This document shows, piece by piece, positions 7,901-15,269 of a stretch of DNA of 25,735 nt. The translations under genes and the position numbers were made by a program. The stretch is from positions 1 to 25,735 of the IMG/VR virus record IMGVR_UViG_3300021982_000011; one strand, given 5' to 3'. Numbering within the stretch: position 1 is the stretch's first letter; each line of letters begins with the position of its first letter. The notes beneath the pieces were generated by a model, which saw only the letters and a program-made list of their open reading frames with translations, did not search any database and was not told where the DNA came from. The stretch comes from a virus. Its lineage: Duplodnaviria; Caudoviricetes.

Positions 7901-7976
7901 TTTCTCCATTTCTATGGTGGCCTATATAAGAGTCTCTAATATAGTCCAAAATAACAAGAACTTTTTTGTTTTCCAT
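4920..7976 (-). CDS. polA: Family A DNA polymerase with N-terminal UDG-like domain and 3'-5' exonuclease
   Basis: Exo I WDYETN, Exo II GHNITFD, Exo III YASGD; TGTTRLASKDPNMQNI; motif A DFSSQE, motif B RQAAKKVVFGLMYG, motif C TVHDSI. Confidence 0.96.
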   Translation of the reverse strand: MENKKVLVILDYIRDSYIGHHRNGEIFNRFDQSNDGKYLKGMTKLTAKDLGIDTPIDVKTIFAYPLIPNLIKENKRNPELNIYQPPTYQVVKESLPEIQKTISEYNPDAILLAGTLSAKLLTGVGSIAQLRSRETPVSVDGKSYTALGTYSPGYVMSNPDAKRLAKLDFEVLVNFLFKGLEIFKKAPVHYTTLTNKDVDKIIAVLDMAINYNNTPENPIGWDYETNTLSGTEPTSKILTVSLSFTEGTGITFPIDHPDNPLSTEDKARVVAKLIELYQSGTYLVGHNITFDEFQTKSIFGPVQFKSTLDTLVAYYILVSQDETVSKTLKALAIQYTDMGEYDSALDEFKNWFILGFTRARGAKLKKVYEKTFVEKVHLFLNKGGAEIVDSDYLPFLNDDEKVSTYNLAVHLLDVFKEPKLIRNENSTSEKFDYSWIPYRILTTYASGDTDATVRIHKRFIDEIKKNPEFYNLYVNHYPKLINTLTNIEATGVTLDIDYLSEVGRVFKEELESIYNQMLETPEVRRTQDYKASLYEAGVEEKSKPVKERDSSIYKYYTTYKDGLEFSPGKALDSHYTLFFDKEHQLPIEKGFVTDGFLKKIRNKQVLESDVTYEDFSTSSDAIEQVIKNNPDFEFAKLYQRYARLDKLQSTYTYALIARTDSQGKLHGKYVSTKTGTTRLASKDPNMQNISKSTNDPTAFDYNYPIKRAFLPNLSKGQDTIINLDFSSQEAHLAAVVAKDESMIDSFLNGRDVHKDTASLVFDVPVEEVTKDQRQAAKKVVFGLMYGKTPIGYAADENVTKEEAEALFNKYFSSKPRVKYAMEAAQDEARKNGSIRIPASGFVRQLGNIFSNQYAKQQKALRESFNTVIQGSSAMMTQMALIGIDQYLMTTDINADIIMTVHDSITLSAAHKDVDKAVQIAKYIMEHLPLAMLRIDHNGEQVLFPMEASADVGANYGYEFGYDKEDFYSFKSTKGFTDYYREAKIIEDKEEAKIITKEEYEAALKELEKSKPEYQLIEG

Positions 7977-8004
7977 TGGTTACCTCTTTTATTTCTGTAT
8001 TTTC

Positions 8005-8033
8005 AGTATACCACATAAAAAATAAAAAAGCAA
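8005..8033 (-). promoter_or_regulatory. SigmaA-type promoter TTGCTT-N17-TATACT for polA
   Basis: -35 at 8028-8033, TGTGG extension, -10 at 8005-8010. Confidence 0.75.
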
Positions 8034-8050
8034 CCAACAAGGTTACTTTT
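8024..8050 (-). terminator. Intrinsic terminator after the HU-like gene
   Basis: AAAAGTAACC-TTGTT-GGTTGCTTTTTT, with one G-U pair; the stop codon lies in the stem. Confidence 0.6.
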
Positions 8051-8333
8051 CTTTGTCAATGTTTGCAATTTTACCTAGACGCTTGATAGACACGCTTAAA
8101 TGTTCAGGTGTATTATAGTACTTCTTATTAAGACCGTCGTACGCCTTTGTAGCAGACTTAGTTACAGGCTTAAAGCTAACAAGGGAGCGTAATTTTATAT
8201 CATTACCCTTACGTAGCTCGTCGATTATAATCTCTTCTAGCAATTTAATAGTGTAGTGTATATCTTGTGTTTTTAACTCACCATTAGACTTGTCTCTTAT
8301 TTCTCTTGCAAGTTCAACAACCGTTAATTTCAT
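8043..8333 (-). CDS. HU/IHF-like histone-like DNA-binding protein (SPO1 TF1-like)
   Basis: ELAREI...IIDELRKGNDIKLRSLVSFKPV...YNTP fits the HU fold. Start placed at ATG 8333 (ATGA overlap with the upstream stop). Confidence 0.85.
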   Translation of the reverse strand: MKLTVVELAREIRDKSNGELKTQDIHYTIKLLEEIIIDELRKGNDIKLRSLVSFKPVTKSATKAYDGLNKKYYNTPEHLSVSIKRLGKIANIDKEK

Positions 8334-9007
8334 TTCTTTTTCCAAACTGTAGATGATTTACGTATCTTCTCATCTACTTCCTTTCGTTTTGTCATGTACT
8401 TTCTTTGTTTCTTGTCCCATGTTTCAACCACTATTGACATTTTCCAACCTGATAACGCGTCCCTGATATCATTAAACATCTCATACTCGATATCGTAGTC
8501 ATGTCCCCTATAACGAATAACAACTTGGTCAATAATAAAGGGGATATCGGCTAAGCTAGTTAAAATAGTATAGCTATCTACACTATCATCAGTTTCTATA
8601 TAAATAGAAGTCTTAAGACCTGCGGAAGCTTGCTGTATGTTACTTATCTCTTTTTCTGTATACTCATCTTTGAATGTATATGTTATGAAGCAGTTCCTCG
8701 GAAAACTAACCATCCTATCAATTAAAGATATAGGTAGGGACTCTTCTGTTACAAGTTCAATCATTCCACCATAATCTACTAATTTCAATAAAAAGTCATA
8801 GGGGATGTCTTGGTTGTAATATACTCTATACTCTTTATCATCACGTTCAGGTATAAACTCGTCCTGATTATTAATAAACTCTGTTATATACTTGTCAACG
8901 CTAGTATAATTTTCTAAAGTTACTTTCTCTCGTACTATAGGTTCTCGTAGTTTCAAGTTAAACATTTTCTGAGAATTATATACGTTTAAGCGTTTTATTT
9001 TTGCCAT
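8330..9007 (-). CDS. Conserved hypothetical protein upstream of the HU-like gene
   Basis: 225-aa ORF with AAGGA SD, coupled to the HU-like gene; syntenic with Twort-like phages. Confidence 0.75.
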   Translation of the reverse strand: MAKIKRLNVYNSQKMFNLKLREPIVREKVTLENYTSVDKYITEFINNQDEFIPERDDKEYRVYYNQDIPYDFLLKLVDYGGMIELVTEESLPISLIDRMVSFPRNCFITYTFKDEYTEKEISNIQQASAGLKTSIYIETDDSVDSYTILTSLADIPFIIDQVVIRYRGHDYDIEYEMFNDIRDALSGWKMSIVVETWDKKQRKYMTKRKEVDEKIRKSSTVWKKK

Positions 9008-9026
9008 TTAACATTCCTTAAAGTTA

Positions 9027-9065
9027 ATTTACTATACTACTATTATACCATATTGTATAGTAAAT
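9027..9065 (-). promoter_or_regulatory. Extended -10 promoter (TGGTATAAT) bracketed by a perfect 11-bp inverted repeat
   Basis: ATTTACTATAC (9027-9037) - N17 - GTATAGTAAAT (9055-9065); -10 at 9042-9047. Confidence 0.6.
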
Positions 9066-9066
9066 A

Positions 9067-9714
9067 CTACTGCTCAAGGTTACTCAATATTTCCTGAACG
9101 TTCGTGTTTTTAATAGTCTTCTTAGAGCCCATTCTCCTTTCACCAATGCCATCATTCATTATTTTATACCAGTTTTTAAACATTTCTTTATGACTGTCTA
9201 GTAGGTAGTCTAGTGTATATAAACCAAAAAAATCCTCTAGCGTCATAACAATAACGTCTATGTATAAGTCTTCATCCGTAAGCGCGTCTTTATACTTAAT
9301 TGTTGTTGTCATATAGTTTAAATGGTTATCAATAGCATCTGATAACATTACTTTATTATTTGGAACAGCTAAGTAATTAGGATACCTATTTTTGTGAACA
9401 ATGAGCATAGGAACCTTTTTTGCTCTTACCGCATCTCCTACGTTTTGTGTAAAGAATTGAGGTATTTCTCCATTGCTACGCATAAAGTTTTCTAATGAAA
9501 TTCCTTCATGGTTTTTTAGCTCTACAGAAAAAGGGAACTTTATAGAAGAAGGGGCAACAATGTCCCCAGTTTGTTCATCTTGTCCCAGTCGTTGGCTGGC
9601 CCATGCTCCTGAAGCAGGTGTCCTATAGAAGCTCTTTCCAGACCACGAACTAAATAGCTTAGAAATTTTAAGTTCGTATGACGCCCCTTTACGTTTACTC
9701 ATCTGACCTGACAT
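9067..9714 (-). CDS. Holliday junction resolvase (Hjc-like PD-(D/E)xK)
   Basis: KRKGASYE...RTPASG...GDIV...VELKN motifs. Confidence 0.88.
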   Translation of the reverse strand: MSGQMSKRKGASYELKISKLFSSWSGKSFYRTPASGAWASQRLGQDEQTGDIVAPSSIKFPFSVELKNHEGISLENFMRSNGEIPQFFTQNVGDAVRAKKVPMLIVHKNRYPNYLAVPNNKVMLSDAIDNHLNYMTTTIKYKDALTDEDLYIDVIVMTLEDFFGLYTLDYLLDSHKEMFKNWYKIMNDGIGERRMGSKKTIKNTNVQEILSNLEQ

Positions 9715-9733
9715 AAATTATCTCCTTACGTAT

Positions 9734-9745
9734 AATAATATAACA
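9734..9745 (-). promoter_or_regulatory. Putative late promoter TGTTATATTATT
   Basis: Recurrent motif; lies between a terminator and the resolvase AAGGAG SD. Confidence 0.6.
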
Positions 9746-9749
9746 GTTT

Positions 9750-9791
9750 AAAAAAAGAGTAAGCCAACTTTTAGGTCAGCTTACTCTTTTT
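9750..9791 (-). terminator. Strong intrinsic terminator
   Basis: AAAAAGAGTAAGCTGAC-CTAAAA-GTTGGCTTACTCTTTTTTT. Confidence 0.9.
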
Positions 9792-9799
9792 GGCTCTAT

Positions 9800-10291
9800 T
9801 TACTTTTTTTGTGCCATTTGTTCTGCAAGTTCTGCTGTAAATGCCTGAGTTTCTTGTTTTACAATTTTGTCAATATCTAAACCGGACTCCGTAGCTACAC
9901 GACTAACGATACGCTTTTGAATTTCAATTGTATCCATTAATCCTTGTAAGTTACCAATAGTGAATGATTGCAAGTTGTTAACAAACATTCCTGCTAGTTG
10001 AATTACAATACCTACATCAACTTGCTTATGTGACAATACATCATTAAACTTTTGAACATCTTCTTTTGAGGGAATTTGAACCTTGATTTTATTGTCTTTG
10101 TTCTTAATCAGCTTACCATCTTTATCCTTTTCAGGTAATGGAGAAACAATCTTTTCAATTGCTAGTAACTCTTCTTGAGTAAGCTTATTTTCAGTCGTGT
10201 CTGTTGCTTCTTGCAGTTCTGTAGGAGTGTCTACTACTTCTTTTGCTTCTACTTCTTCTGCTTGGTTTGCGTGCTTAGTCTTTTTTGTCAT
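9800..10291 (-). CDS. Hypothetical protein (helical, acidic N-terminus)
   Basis: 163-aa ORF with AAGGAAG SD; conserved position between primase and resolvase. Confidence 0.75.
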   Translation of the reverse strand: MTKKTKHANQAEEVEAKEVVDTPTELQEATDTTENKLTQEELLAIEKIVSPLPEKDKDGKLIKNKDNKIKVQIPSKEDVQKFNDVLSHKQVDVGIVIQLAGMFVNNLQSFTIGNLQGLMDTIEIQKRIVSRVATESGLDIDKIVKQETQAFTAELAEQMAQKK

Positions 10292-10574
10292 TATTTCTTC
10301 CTTTTTTTATATCTTCTACATCACTATCAGTAAGTAGTCCATTTATGTGTAATTTACTAACTATTGACTCTATTAAATCAATAGTGGTATCTATTAGGAC
10401 ATAATCATTCTCTAGCACAACACGTAGTGTTTTAATAAATAAGTAGGACGCGTCAATTGACAGCCCTGTTTTATTAGATAACACTGTTGTTGCTTTTTCC
10501 AACTCATCTTGGGTATTGGCCGCCACTACTAATTTCATAATGGTATCTAAGTCTTTATCTAAATCATTATTCAC
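10275..10574 (-). CDS. Hypothetical protein
   Basis: GTG start with AAAGGA SD; 99-aa helical ORF. Confidence 0.75.
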   Translation of the reverse strand: MNNDLDKDLDTIMKLVVAANTQDELEKATTVLSNKTGLSIDASYLFIKTLRVVLENDYVLIDTTIDLIESIVSKLHINGLLTDSDVEDIKKGRNNDKKD

Positions 10575-10602
10575 AATATTGTCCTTTCTAGTTTATATAT
10601 AC

Positions 10603-10613
10603 ATTATACCACA
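10603..10613 (-). promoter_or_regulatory. Extended -10 promoter TGTGGTATAAT
   Basis: Same element as at 1694 and 18315; no well-spaced -35. Confidence 0.6.
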
Positions 10614-10625
10614 TATTATAAAAAT

Positions 10626-11699
10626 TCAATTAGTCAATAGTAAAAGCTCCGATAGGGAGTTTGGTGAATATTGAACTGCGTTGTCTAGTAGTTTTTTAGT
10701 TATCTCAAACCCGAGGTCATTAGCGTCCTTACCTTTATAAGGGTTAGGGACTAGGTAAATATTATCTGTGAATTCATATATACGCTTGGCTAACGTTAGG
10801 GTTTGCTCGTTTGCGTCAGTATCTAGAAATATATAGAATTTAAGAGAAGGGTTCCTATGGTACGCCTGTTTAAGAAGTAAGACTTGGTCGTCTGTAACTT
10901 GTTTACCAAAAGTGGCAACACCAGAGGGGCCTGTTGTTATTGCATTTAATATACCCTCGGATACAACAATCGAACCTGTCTTTTCTGCACTATATAGGTT
11001 GAATATAGTATTACGTTTTGAATAATAACCATCTAATACAGGAGCATTTAACGACTTAACATATGCGTCCTTTTCAATAGCTCTAGTACTCCAGTAAATA
11101 ACGTTACCAGTCTTGTCCTTGGTTGTAAACACAATACTATGCCGTATGAACGACTCAGTGTCCTTATTAGGGTTATAATAGCTGCCATCGTCTATATACC
11201 CTATGTTATAGTAAAGAGCCAAATACGGGCTTATATTGCGTTTCTGGAGGTAGTTGAAATAAGGGTAAGACTCTGGGTTATCAACATTATCCTTAAGAAG
11301 TTTAAACCCTTTTGGCATATCAACAGGGTTTAGCTCGTCAATAACCTCTTCCTTTGCTTCTGTACTGTTAGCCTTAGATAAGAGCATGAGCAGCTGCTCG
11401 GCCTCGGTCAACTCGGTATCAGAGTAACTATTTAGTTTAGAACGTACCTCATCATCTATATAGTAATCATAGCTTTCCAGTAGCTCTTTTGCTTCAACAA
11501 AGGGTATACCGTAGAACTCTTTTACAAATTGCACAGGATTACCATGACGGTCACAGTATTTGCAGTGCCATAGGAAGGGCTCATCTGCTTGAATATACAA
11601 TTTTTGTCGTTCATCACCACAAAAAGGGCAATTAAATCTTACTTCACTGCCGCTTTCTACTTCATTTCCAGTTGTCTCTCTTACTAAATCAAGAAACAT
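10626..11699 (-). CDS. dnaG: DNA primase (Zn finger + TOPRIM)
   Basis: CPFC...WHCKYC; YLQKRNI; VSEGILNA; FGK; FLDTDA; KDANDLG. Confidence 0.93.
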   Translation of the reverse strand: MFLDLVRETTGNEVESGSEVRFNCPFCGDERQKLYIQADEPFLWHCKYCDRHGNPVQFVKEFYGIPFVEAKELLESYDYYIDDEVRSKLNSYSDTELTEAEQLLMLLSKANSTEAKEEVIDELNPVDMPKGFKLLKDNVDNPESYPYFNYLQKRNISPYLALYYNIGYIDDGSYYNPNKDTESFIRHSIVFTTKDKTGNVIYWSTRAIEKDAYVKSLNAPVLDGYYSKRNTIFNLYSAEKTGSIVVSEGILNAITTGPSGVATFGKQVTDDQVLLLKQAYHRNPSLKFYIFLDTDANEQTLTLAKRIYEFTDNIYLVPNPYKGKDANDLGFEITKKLLDNAVQYSPNSLSELLLLTN

Positions 11700-12255
11700 A
11701 GTTAATTTTCCTTAATATTCTACGTTTTGCAGTGTATAGTATATACACAGAGCCAAGCATCTCAAGCTCAGTTTCTACACGGTTGATAACTTCCGTATTA
11801 TTTTTTAAGGGATTTCCTTGCAAAAACTTAATGTAAGTATGCCTGTCATTAATAAGCTCCATCAAGTATTCTAGAGAGTCCTTATAGTTTTCATTTGTCA
11901 AATCATCTGGATGACGAATTTCACAAAACTTGCTGACTTCGTCTAAAATATATGAGTTAAACTTTTTAATCTCTGGGATAACCCCTGATGATAACTCAGC
12001 ATTACTTACATAAACTTCATCTGGTATTTTTGCCTCTATTTTTGTAGGCTTTAAGTATGAGGACCATACCCTATTTTTATAAAGGGTTACTTTGTTATCC
12101 TTATCCGTTGCATACTCTAGATTTATCCTAGAAGGGTAGAAGTCTACTACTTTAGTGCTGTTAATCTTTATTGGGCCACCTAAGGAGCTCCAAGAGTGGT
12201 TAACACCTACCTCATCAAATACAACAGCGTTATTAGCTATCTTTGACATTCTCAT
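11689..12255 (-). CDS. Conserved hypothetical protein between sbcC and primase (positional counterparts are often annotated as anti-sigma factor)
   Basis: 188-aa ORF coupled by an ATGA overlap; any function is from synteny only. Confidence 0.65.
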   Translation of the reverse strand: MRMSKIANNAVVFDEVGVNHSWSSLGGPIKINSTKVVDFYPSRINLEYATDKDNKVTLYKNRVWSSYLKPTKIEAKIPDEVYVSNAELSSGVIPEIKKFNSYILDEVSKFCEIRHPDDLTNENYKDSLEYLMELINDRHTYIKFLQGNPLKNNTEVINRVETELEMLGSVYILYTAKRRILRKINYVS

Positions 12256-14159
12256 GAAGACACCTCCCCATTATCAACCCGTGAAATTCCTGTATCTTCC
12301 TTAATAACAGTAATCATGTTATCAAACAAAGGCTTTAGCATGTCGTTGTGGGTAACAACAAATATTGAGGAAACCTCGTTCAAACGCTCCTTAAGAAGTT
12401 CAATGATACTCTCACTACCTACTGCATCTAAACTTTCAAAAAGTTCGTCGTATATTAGTATGTTCGATTGAGTATTTGACTTGCGCATAAGAATATCTTG
12501 TAGTGTTAAGCTAATAGCTACATCTACTCTTCGTTGCTCTCCTGAAGATAGGGAGTTGTACGTGGTTTCCTGACCATCATTAATAACCTTAATATCGAAC
12601 TTATCTACTGGGTCACCATTGGCTTTAGTACCCTGTGTTGAGAATGTAACAGATATACTACCCCCAGTAAGCCTTGATAGATATGACTGGATTGTATTAT
12701 TCATTTCTGGAGTAACAAGGTCCAACACGTGAGACTTAATTCCCTTGTCAGAGAAGGCCATAAGAGCTTTTTCAAGAGAAGAAACCTTGGCTACTAGCGC
12801 TTTTTGTTTTTCATAAAGTTCAGTAGTGTCTTTATCGACTTTTTTAATGTCTTCATCGACCTTTTTAATATTTTCATCTAGGTTACTATTACTGGAGCGG
12901 AACTTATTTTCATACGATTTAGCACTATCAACTTCTCTTGATAGCTGCTGCTCGTTAGATTGTAGCTGCTTTATATCTCTTGCTAAGTCATCCATTGCTG
13001 ACTTAACCTTCCACTGGTTTTCATTACGGGAGCTCTCTTCTTGAGATAATGCATCAACTTGTTCCTTTACCTTAGGAAGCTCATCAGCATAACTAGCCAA
13101 CTTTCCTGACTTGTCCTTAAAGTCATTTATTAAGGGAAGCAAAGCATTTTTAATATTAGCAATTTCTTTGTTTTTATGTTCTTCGTCGATTAAATTACCA
13201 CATACTAGGCAGCGTTCAGAAACAGAAAGATTATCCATTAATTCTTTTTTGTTCTTGATAGTAGCTTTAATACTAGATATGTCTACATCCAGTGCATTCT
13301 TACCATTATTAATAGCAGCGTACTCATCTTGTACCTTTGACAAATTAGGGTTAGGTGTAGCATAAGAGTTGTACACGTCTCGTAATGATTTTCCCTTATT
13401 TGTTAGCTCTTCAATCTCTGGTTTGTTTTTTTCAATTAATTCGGATAATGACGTTTCCTTCTCTTTAACATCATTAGTTAGCCCTAGTAGGGTATTATTG
13501 AAAGATTCTTTTTCTTCCTTTAGTTGGCTAAAATTGTTTACTAGAGCCTCCTTATGAACCTCATTAGTTTTTATTAAAGCGTTAACCCCATTAAGTTCTA
13601 CATTTTTATCTGCTAAATCCGTTTTGGTTTGCTCGTGAGCATCGCGGTATATACCAACATCAAACAAAGTTTCTAGGTACTCTTTCCTCTGCTTATCTGT
13701 TAAGGTTGAGAACGACTGTGAGTTGTGTCCATCAAAGTAAAGTGTTGATAAGAATACATCCTTTGGTATTTTAACAAGGTCATCTAGTACAGCCTGTGTT
13801 TCTTTAATCGTACCTTTTGTAAACTCTTTATCACCGGATACAATCGTTAACACATTCTTCTTTCGGCCTCTAGCTACTGTAAACTCACCTTCTGTAGTCT
13901 CAATGTCTAGCTCAACTAGTGTGTTTTTACCAACCTTAGCGTTGACTACGGCGTCGGCTTTGTCACCGTTTGGTAGCTCTCCATATAACGCATAAAATAT
14001 TGACGACAATGCAGAACTCTTACCTGCACCGTTTTTATCAATAGCTGCTGATGGAAGCTGGTTAATACCCTCAATAAGTACAAGGCCTCTTTTATCCAGG
14101 TCTATTGTAGCTTCGCCAATTGATTTAAAGTTTTTAATTCTAACTTGCTTAAATTTCAT
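12252..14159 (-). CDS. sbcC: SbcC/Rad50-like (gp46-like) SMC ATPase
   Basis: Walker A NGAGKSS, coiled coils with CLVC zinc hook, LSSGE signature, Walker B IYDE, VVTH. Confidence 0.95.
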   Translation of the reverse strand: MKFKQVRIKNFKSIGEATIDLDKRGLVLIEGINQLPSAAIDKNGAGKSSALSSIFYALYGELPNGDKADAVVNAKVGKNTLVELDIETTEGEFTVARGRKKNVLTIVSGDKEFTKGTIKETQAVLDDLVKIPKDVFLSTLYFDGHNSQSFSTLTDKQRKEYLETLFDVGIYRDAHEQTKTDLADKNVELNGVNALIKTNEVHKEALVNNFSQLKEEKESFNNTLLGLTNDVKEKETSLSELIEKNKPEIEELTNKGKSLRDVYNSYATPNPNLSKVQDEYAAINNGKNALDVDISSIKATIKNKKELMDNLSVSERCLVCGNLIDEEHKNKEIANIKNALLPLINDFKDKSGKLASYADELPKVKEQVDALSQEESSRNENQWKVKSAMDDLARDIKQLQSNEQQLSREVDSAKSYENKFRSSNSNLDENIKKVDEDIKKVDKDTTELYEKQKALVAKVSSLEKALMAFSDKGIKSHVLDLVTPEMNNTIQSYLSRLTGGSISVTFSTQGTKANGDPVDKFDIKVINDGQETTYNSLSSGEQRRVDVAISLTLQDILMRKSNTQSNILIYDELFESLDAVGSESIIELLKERLNEVSSIFVVTHNDMLKPLFDNMITVIKEDTGISRVDNGEVSS

Positions 14160-14185
14160 ATTTTAACCCCTTTTTGTATATCTAT

Positions 14186-14214
14186 ATTTTAACATAACTC
14201 TTAGTGTTTGTCAA
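14186..14214 (-). promoter_or_regulatory. SigmaA promoter TTGACA-N17-TAAAAT (extended TG)
   Basis: -35 at 14209-14214, -10 at 14186-14191. Confidence 0.8.
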
Positions 14215-14231
14215 TATAGCAAAAAAGAAGG

Positions 14232-15269
14232 CTATAATACCTTCTTTAGTTGTTCTAATATAGTTTTTTTATTATCAGGCTGGTACTCTTCGGACCATTT
14301 ATCGGCAATGGATAATGTGGAGTTCATGTCGGTAATGTCAATTCTAGAGTCTGTAACAACAGATACCTGTTTTTCAACTCTTAGGTTTTCTGGTAGGTCG
14401 TCTAGTCCATCAGATAATGATAGATTTTTGAATGAGTCTTCGTTTAATACAACTCTAACGAAGTTAGACTCTGAAATAACTTCAATGTCCTTGCCATATT
14501 TGTCAATATTAGTGCTATCAACTTTAATGAACATAGGATACTTTAATCTGGTAAACTTCATAGTATCATTCAAGACTTTACCTTTGTCTGTTTCAAAAGT
14601 TACATAGCCTTTTTGCTGCTCACTATCAGAAAAGTTTTGAGCTACAGGGTTACCAATATAAAATACGTTGGGGCTAACCTCTTGTCTACGATGGTAATGG
14701 CCTAGTAAGCCTACATCGTAATTTTCTGGGACTAGTAGGTCTCCTGTAGAAAATGGCCCATCCAACTTTGACATCCCTGCGCCATAGGAGCCTTCAACTC
14801 CCAGGTGAGCCATTAGAATAGTGGCTTTATTACTTTTTATAAACTCTTTTAACTCAGGGTACTCTTCTCCATAGGATACTCCTACTAGAGTATCCTCTCC
14901 TATAGATATTTTATCATAAGTTTCAATTAAAGTGAAGTTTTTTAAAACCTTAAAAGGTTCTAGGCTACTTACTGAATTGATAGAGTTATCTACATTATCA
15001 TGGTTACCCTCAATAGCTACTATTTTTACATCCTCATACTTTTTGAATAATGAGAAAGCTTCATTAAACACTTGGGTGTCAACACGTCCTCTTTGGTGAA
15101 ATAGGTCACCTGCAAACAAAAGTACTCTGCCCTCTTCTTGAGCAATTTTAAGTACATCTTCTACAGCGTCTAGTTGATTTTCAAATCTGGTGTTGTTAAC
15201 CCTACCTGTTGACTTAGAAAAGTCATTAAATTTATGAAAATGAACATCTGATATCACAATATATTTCAT
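14232..15269 (-). CDS. sbcD: SbcD/Mre11-like (gp47-like) metallophosphoesterase nuclease
   Basis: SDVH, GDLFH, GNHD, MAH, GHYH motifs. Confidence 0.95.
   Translation of the reverse strand: MKYIVISDVHFHKFNDFSKSTGRVNNTRFENQLDAVEDVLKIAQEEGRVLLFAGDLFHQRGRVDTQVFNEAFSLFKKYEDVKIVAIEGNHDNVDNSINSVSSLEPFKVLKNFTLIETYDKISIGEDTLVGVSYGEEYPELKEFIKSNKATILMAHLGVEGSYGAGMSKLDGPFSTGDLLVPENYDVGLLGHYHRRQEVSPNVFYIGNPVAQNFSDSEQQKGYVTFETDKGKVLNDTMKFTRLKYPMFIKVDSTNIDKYGKDIEVISESNFVRVVLNEDSFKNLSLSDGLDDLPENLRVEKQVSVVTDSRIDITDMNSTLSIADKWSEEYQPDNKKTILEQLKKVL

Noticed and set aside
12830-12880. Short DNA repeat in sbcC
   Set aside because: Encodes the IKKVDED/IKKVDKD coiled-coil heptads.
14215-14236. TATAGC-N10-GCTATA hairpin and TGCTATATT after sbcD
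   Set aside because: Weak stem with no U-tract; only a partial match to the late motif.
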